Source of the DNA: Gammaproteobacteria bacterium
GTDB lineage: Bacteria > Pseudomonadota > Gammaproteobacteria > Magnimaribacterales > D2472
Direction of reading: 5' to 3'
DNA length: 64,000 bases
Assembly (NCBI GenBank): GCA_045564035.1
Contig: JBJLIA010000021.1
Location: 6,702-70,701, forward strand
In this document: positions 59,925-64,000 of the stretch, piece by piece
Numbering within the stretch: position 1 is the first letter of the stretch
Layout: each line of letters opens with the position of its first letter
Translations under genes and position numbers: made by a program
Notes under the pieces: generated by a model
The model's input: the letters and a program-made list of their open reading frames with translations, nothing else
Told to the model about the DNA's origin: nothing
Database searches by the model: none

Positions 59925-60655
59925 TACCGCCTCTAGTATTCGCTCAAGCAAATCAACAAAGCTTGGCTGAAGCAGTTGCCAGAAATCTTGGAACCACTGC
60001 AAAAAACAGCCAGGAGTGGGCTAGCCAACCTCACCTTGATTTATCGGAATCAGGCTTATCATTCTTTCATCCTGAGGCAAGATCAAGCAATAAGTTACTC
60101 ATTGACTTTAATTCTGGTTCAACAGGGTGGCGTGTAAAAAGAGCAAATCATGAAAAGCTGATCAAGAAAGCTTTGGGCAAGTCAGATTTACCATTAAATA
60201 TTTTAGATTGTACAGCCGGCACGCTCCAAGATACGTTATTGTTCCTAAGTCTGGGCCACCAAGTTACAGCGCTTGAAGAAAGTAAAATTTTATTTCATTT
60301 ATTGCAAGATGGTATCAGTCGAAGTAAGGACCAATGTATTTTTGAAAAGCTGGAGCTCTTAAATATTAATGCATGCTCTTATGCCGCCCAGGCAAAAAAC
60401 TTTGACGTCATTTATTTTGATCCTATGTATCCATCAACCAAGAAGAATGCCCTAAGTTCTGGGAAATTGGATTACGTTGCAAAGATTTTAGAAACTGAGT
60501 GTATAAAAAATAATCCGCTACAAGATTTTAAAGTTTTGCAGTTAATACCTTCAAAAAAAATGGTTGTTAAAAGACCTATTAAAGCAGAGCCATTTTGCTC
60601 TCAACTTAACTATCAAGTGCTAGGTAAAACTATTAGATTCGACATATATATTTAG
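59921..60655 (+). CDS. rsmJ: 16S rRNA (guanine1516-N2)-methyltransferase RsmJ (YhiQ)
   Basis: 244 aa with ILDCTAGTLQD, VIYFDPMYP, VVKRP and the C-terminal RFDIY, collinear with E. coli RsmJ as recalled. Confidence 0.75.
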   Translation: MIPPLVFAQANQQSLAEAVARNLGTTAKNSQEWASQPHLDLSESGLSFFHPEARSSNKLLIDFNSGSTGWRVKRANHEKLIKKALGKSDLPLNILDCTAGTLQDTLLFLSLGHQVTALEESKILFHLLQDGISRSKDQCIFEKLELLNINACSYAAQAKNFDVIYFDPMYPSTKKNALSSGKLDYVAKILETECIKNNPLQDFKVLQLIPSKKMVVKRPIKAEPFCSQLNYQVLGKTIRFDIYI

Positions 60656-60656
60656 A

Positions 60657-61922
60657 TCAATCTCTTATTTGACCATCACCTGTGACAATATATTTAAAGC
60701 TTGTAAGTTGATCCACGCCAACTGGACCTCTGGCATGGAATTTTCCTGTAGCAATGCCTATTTCGCCGCCAAGACCAAATTCGCCTCCATCTGCAAATTG
60801 CGTTGATGCATTGATCATTACAATTGCGCTATCAATAGCATTTGTAAAAGTTGATTGATTTTTTTTGTTCTCGCTAATAATTGACTCTGTGTGACCGGTC
60901 CCATATCTTTCAATATGAATAATCGCCTCCTCAACATCTACAACTGATTTCAAGCTTACGATAGGAGCTAGATATTCTGTTGACCAATCTTCAGATGTCG
61001 CTGGAACGGCCCTATCATCAAGACCGATAGTTTCTTCACAACATCTTACTTCACAATTTGCATCAGATAATAATGCAATAAGTTTGGGTACAAAAGATTG
61101 AGCAATCTTTTTATTAATGAGTATTGTTTCTACCGCTCCACAAATTCCAGTTCTACGCATTTTTGCATTTAAGCATACAGACAAAGCTTTATCTTCATCA
61201 GCATATTCATCAACGTATATATGACAAATACCTTCTAAATGTCCAAAAACAGGGACTTTAGCTGATTTTTCAACTTCGGCAACAAGGCTTTTGCCACCTC
61301 TGGGAACTATCACATCTATTGAGCTGTTAAGTCCCTCCAACATCATGGTCGCTGCTTCTCTGCTTTCAGAGGGAACTATTTGAATGCACTCTTTCGGAAG
61401 GTCTGCATTTATTAGTGCATTTTGAAGAGAACGAACAATTGCCGAAGCAGACCGGAGTCCATCTTTTCCGCTGCGCAAGATTACAGCATTACCAGACTTA
61501 AGACATAAACCTCCAGCATCGGCAGCAACATTAGGCCTGCTCTCAAAAATTAAACCTATGACTCCAAGAGGCGTTGCTACTCTAGAAATATTTAATCCAT
61601 TGGGCCTTTGCCATGAGGCAAGCTCTCTTCCAACTGGATCTTCAAATGATTTAATATCATTCAATGTATTACATATTCCTTGAAGCCTACTTTTATCCAA
61701 AGCTAAGCGATCGATGAATGCATCATCTTTTCCATTATCTTTTGCAGCTTTAATATCAATTTGATTGGCAGCAAGAATTTCCTCAGCATTCTCTTGGATT
61801 GCTGCAATAGCTAGGTCAAAAAATTTATTTTTTTGAGCACTGGTCACAGTGTTTAATATTGCGCTAGCATTTTTAGCCTTAAGACCCATAGCATTTAGTG
61901 ACTTAGAGAGTTCTGCATTCAT
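60657..61922 (-). CDS. proA: Gamma-glutamyl phosphate reductase
   Basis: Aldehyde dehydrogenase fold with FESRPNV, VILRSGK and HTESI. I prefer ATG 61922 (MNAELSK..), which forms an ATGA overlap with the proB stop, over track start 61937. Confidence 0.9.
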   Translation of the reverse strand: MNAELSKSLNAMGLKAKNASAILNTVTSAQKNKFFDLAIAAIQENAEEILAANQIDIKAAKDNGKDDAFIDRLALDKSRLQGICNTLNDIKSFEDPVGRELASWQRPNGLNISRVATPLGVIGLIFESRPNVAADAGGLCLKSGNAVILRSGKDGLRSASAIVRSLQNALINADLPKECIQIVPSESREAATMMLEGLNSSIDVIVPRGGKSLVAEVEKSAKVPVFGHLEGICHIYVDEYADEDKALSVCLNAKMRRTGICGAVETILINKKIAQSFVPKLIALLSDANCEVRCCEETIGLDDRAVPATSEDWSTEYLAPIVSLKSVVDVEEAIIHIERYGTGHTESIISENKKNQSTFTNAIDSAIVMINASTQFADGGEFGLGGEIGIATGKFHARGPVGVDQLTSFKYIVTGDGQIRD

Positions 61923-62701
61923 TGTTTTATAAACCATGTAGATTTAGCTCTACCCAATAGACCTCTGATAGGCTTTTTATTGCTTCCTGAGGTTATCACC
62001 ATCGTACATTTATTTTTTAAGCAAATCTCAGCTGCTTCAATCTTGGAAATCATTCCACCTTTTCCCATATCGCTTGCACTGCCTGCCATTTTTTTAATTT
62101 TTGGAGTAATTGTTTTTACTTCTTTAATAATAGAACCAGATTTATTTTTCCTTATATCCTCCTCAGAAGTATATAGACCGTCTACTCTTGAAAGCATGAC
62201 CAATAAATCTGCTCCAACAAGCTTTGCAACTTTGGCAGCTAATAAATCATTGTCTCCAAACTTAATTTCATCAGTTGCTGTACTGTCATTCTCATTAATA
62301 ATTGGCAAACAGCCAGCCTCTAAAAGCTTGCTAATTGTTTGTTGCGCATTTTGCGACGATATTTTTAGCTCAGTATCTCTTGGCGTTAATAACATTTGGC
62401 CAATCGGAATAGAAAATTTATTGAGATTTTTTTTCCAAGCTGACATTAACTCAATTTGACCATGTGCTGCCATTGCCTGTGACTCAGAAAGACTGGGCTC
62501 TTTAGATAAGTTTATTTTCTTTCTACCAAGCGCAATCGCTCCAGAAGATACCACTAACACATCATGTTTTTTTTTAAGCAACCAAGCAATATCTTCGCTA
62601 ATAGCAGATAAAATCGAGTGATTTATTGAGCCGTTTGGTTTAGCGAGAACTGCTGAACCAACCTTTATCACTATTTTCTGATATAACGTGGGATTACGCA
62701 T
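61919..62701 (-). CDS. proB: Glutamate 5-kinase (short form, no PUA domain)
   Basis: From ATG 62701 the protein reads MRNPTLYQKIVIKVGSAVL..VVSSGAIALG..NENDSTATDEIKFGDND.LAA. (amino-acid kinase fold), about 260 aa. The 58 extra N-terminal residues in track ORF 61919..62875 translate the promoter region and the tRNA-Leu gene. Confidence 0.85.
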   Translation of the reverse strand: MRNPTLYQKIVIKVGSAVLAKPNGSINHSILSAISEDIAWLLKKKHDVLVVSSGAIALGRKKINLSKEPSLSESQAMAAHGQIELMSAWKKNLNKFSIPIGQMLLTPRDTELKISSQNAQQTISKLLEAGCLPIINENDSTATDEIKFGDNDLLAAKVAKLVGADLLVMLSRVDGLYTSEEDIRKNKSGSIIKEVKTITPKIKKMAGSASDMGKGGMISKIEAAEICLKNKCTMVITSGSNKKPIRGLLGRAKSTWFIKQ

Positions 62702-62796
62702 TTTATTATTTAATACAATATAGAAGTCTTTAAAATTAATATTTAAACATAATAAAAATGTTTCAAGAAATTTGATTCCATATTTTTTTTCAGGCC

Positions 62797-62881
62797 TGGT
62801 GCCCCATACCTGAGTCGAACAGGTACTCCCGAAGGAACGCGATTTTGAATCGCGCGCGTCTACCAATTCCGCCAATGGGGC
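62797..62881 (-). tRNA. tRNA-Leu (anticodon CAA)
   Basis: The reverse complement is GCCCCATTGGCGGAATTGGTAGACGCGCGCGATTCAAAATCGCGTTCCTTCGGGAGTACCTGTTCGACTCAGGTATGGGGCACCA. It has a 7-bp acceptor stem (GCCCCAT/ATGGGGC), a D-arm identical to E. coli tRNA-Leu (GGCGGAATTGGTAGACGC), anticodon stem CGCGA/TCGCG with loop TTCAAAA, a long variable arm, a T-arm ACCTG-TTCGACT-CAGGT and an encoded CCA. Confidence 0.95.
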
Positions 62882-62931
62882 ATGGCGGTCATTGTAGCTG
62901 AGTTCAACATCTTTTAGAATTAGCCTCTCTC

Positions 62932-63960
62932 ATGAAAACAGACAAATTTAATTACGATCTTCCTGAGCGCCTCATTGCTCAATACCCTGCTACACAAAGA
63001 ACTAATTCAAAATTACTGGTTGCAATTGAATCTATTCAGCACGAAATTTTTAAAGATATTGGGAACCATATTAATGAGGGCGATCTTTTGATATTGAATA
63101 AAACTTCTGTCATTCCTGCCAGATTGTTCGGAGAGAAAATTACTGGTGGAAAAATAGAAATCCTGCTGGAAAGGTTTTTGTCCGATCATCAAACACTAAC
63201 GCAAATAAGATCAGCCAGGGCTCCAAAAGAAGGAGCAGAGCTAGTCTTTACCTTTCAAGATAAAAGATTTTTAGCAACTGTTAAAGATCGTAAAGAGAAT
63301 TTTTTTATTTTAGACTGGCCTGCCGATCCACGACCTTTGTTTGAGCTATATGGTCAAATTCCATTACCACCCTACATGAACAGAGAAGTGGAAAAGCTTG
63401 ATGAAGATAGATATGAGACCATCTATGCTGATCCTGATAAAAAAGAATCTGTTGCTGCGCCTACTGCTGGCATGCATTTTGATGAGGGGCTGCTTAATAA
63501 GCTTCAGCATAAGGGAGTAGAGTTTGGCTATGTAAATTTACATGTTGGGGCAGGGACTTTTCAACCAGTACAAACAGATCATATTGAAGATCATGTTATT
63601 CACAAGGAACTGGTTGAGGTTGATGCAGAATTGATCGATCAGGTCAAAAGAATCAAAGCTAGCAAGGGTAAAATTATTGCTGTAGGCACAACATCAGTAA
63701 GAGCTATCGAAACTGCTTTTCAGGATGAGCCCTCAGCGTTTAAAGGTGAAACTTCTTTATTTATTTATCCAGGGTATAAGTTTAAAGTGGTTGATCATAT
63801 GATTACTAACTTCCACCTCCCTAAATCTTCTTTGCTTATGCTTGTTGCTGCCTTTATTGGGTACGAAAAAATGATCGACATATACAAAATAGCAATCGAA
63901 AGTGAATATAGATTTTTATCATATGGCGATGCCATGCTTTTGAAATATCATGAAGTTTAA
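62932..63960 (+). CDS. queA: S-adenosylmethionine:tRNA ribosyltransferase-isomerase
   Basis: 342 aa with FNYDLPERLIAQYP, PLPPYM, VAAPTAGMHF, GAGTFQPV, VGTTSVR, NFHLPKSSLLMLV and YRF.SYGDAM. Confidence 0.93.
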   Translation: MKTDKFNYDLPERLIAQYPATQRTNSKLLVAIESIQHEIFKDIGNHINEGDLLILNKTSVIPARLFGEKITGGKIEILLERFLSDHQTLTQIRSARAPKEGAELVFTFQDKRFLATVKDRKENFFILDWPADPRPLFELYGQIPLPPYMNREVEKLDEDRYETIYADPDKKESVAAPTAGMHFDEGLLNKLQHKGVEFGYVNLHVGAGTFQPVQTDHIEDHVIHKELVEVDAELIDQVKRIKASKGKIIAVGTTSVRAIETAFQDEPSAFKGETSLFIYPGYKFKVVDHMITNFHLPKSSLLMLVAAFIGYEKMIDIYKIAIESEYRFLSYGDAMLLKYHEV

Positions 63961-64000
63961 TATTTCAGCTACATCTGGTTATGCCAGGCGCGGGGAGCTA
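63950..64000 (+). CDS. tgt: Queuine tRNA-ribosyltransferase, first 17 codons (truncated by the right edge)
   Basis: ATG 63950 gives MKFNISATSGYARRGEL, matching the Tgt N-terminus pattern MKFEL..T.G.ARRG.L. It overlaps the queA end by 11 nt and fits queA-tgt synteny. Confidence 0.7.
   Translation, partial: MKFNISATSGYARRGEL

Noticed and set aside
61919-62875. 318-aa track ORF as full-length proB
   Set aside because: Its first 58 codons translate the tRNA-Leu gene (62797..62881) and the spacer. Kinase similarity begins at the internal ATG 62701.

Overview
This AT-rich, very tightly packed window looks like core chromosome from a streamlined gammaproteobacterium. The lineage call rests on E. 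coli/Pseudomonas-like gene order: ribF-ileS-lspA-ispH, rpsP-rimM-trmD-rplS, xerD-dsbC, prfB-lysS, rpoE-rseA-mucD-lepA-lepB-rnc-era-recO-acpS, ygfZ/sdhE and queA-tgt. A marine SAR86-like origin is only a guess from composition and compaction. I call about 66 protein genes, one tRNA-Leu(CAA), and several terminators and regulatory sites. By my rough tally only about 2 kb of the 64 kb is non-coding, and many neighbouring genes overlap by 1-11 nt (ATGA/GTGA-type junctions). I found no CRISPR array, IS or transposon, prophage, integron or recognisable defence or toxin island, and I cannot support a claim of a new multi-gene system. The observations most worth a second look are: (1) the S16 gene has no in-frame stop and runs into rimM across an A AAA AAA run, with a downstream hairpin and an acidic -1 frame tail; this could be an assembly indel, a programmed -1 frameshift or a true fusion. 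(2) L19 carries an acidic N-terminal extension of about 81 aa. (3) The longest intergenic region (305 bp, upstream of ung) holds three DnaA boxes, two of them forming a perfect 10-3-10 palindrome. (4) The nrdAB control region has tandem NrdR boxes flanked by two perfect DnaA boxes. (5) prfB has the canonical +1 frameshift site, and an 11-bp hairpin sequesters its start codon. (6) The ORF-track artefact at proB reads through a tRNA gene. All product calls come from recalled family motifs and synteny, not from database searches.
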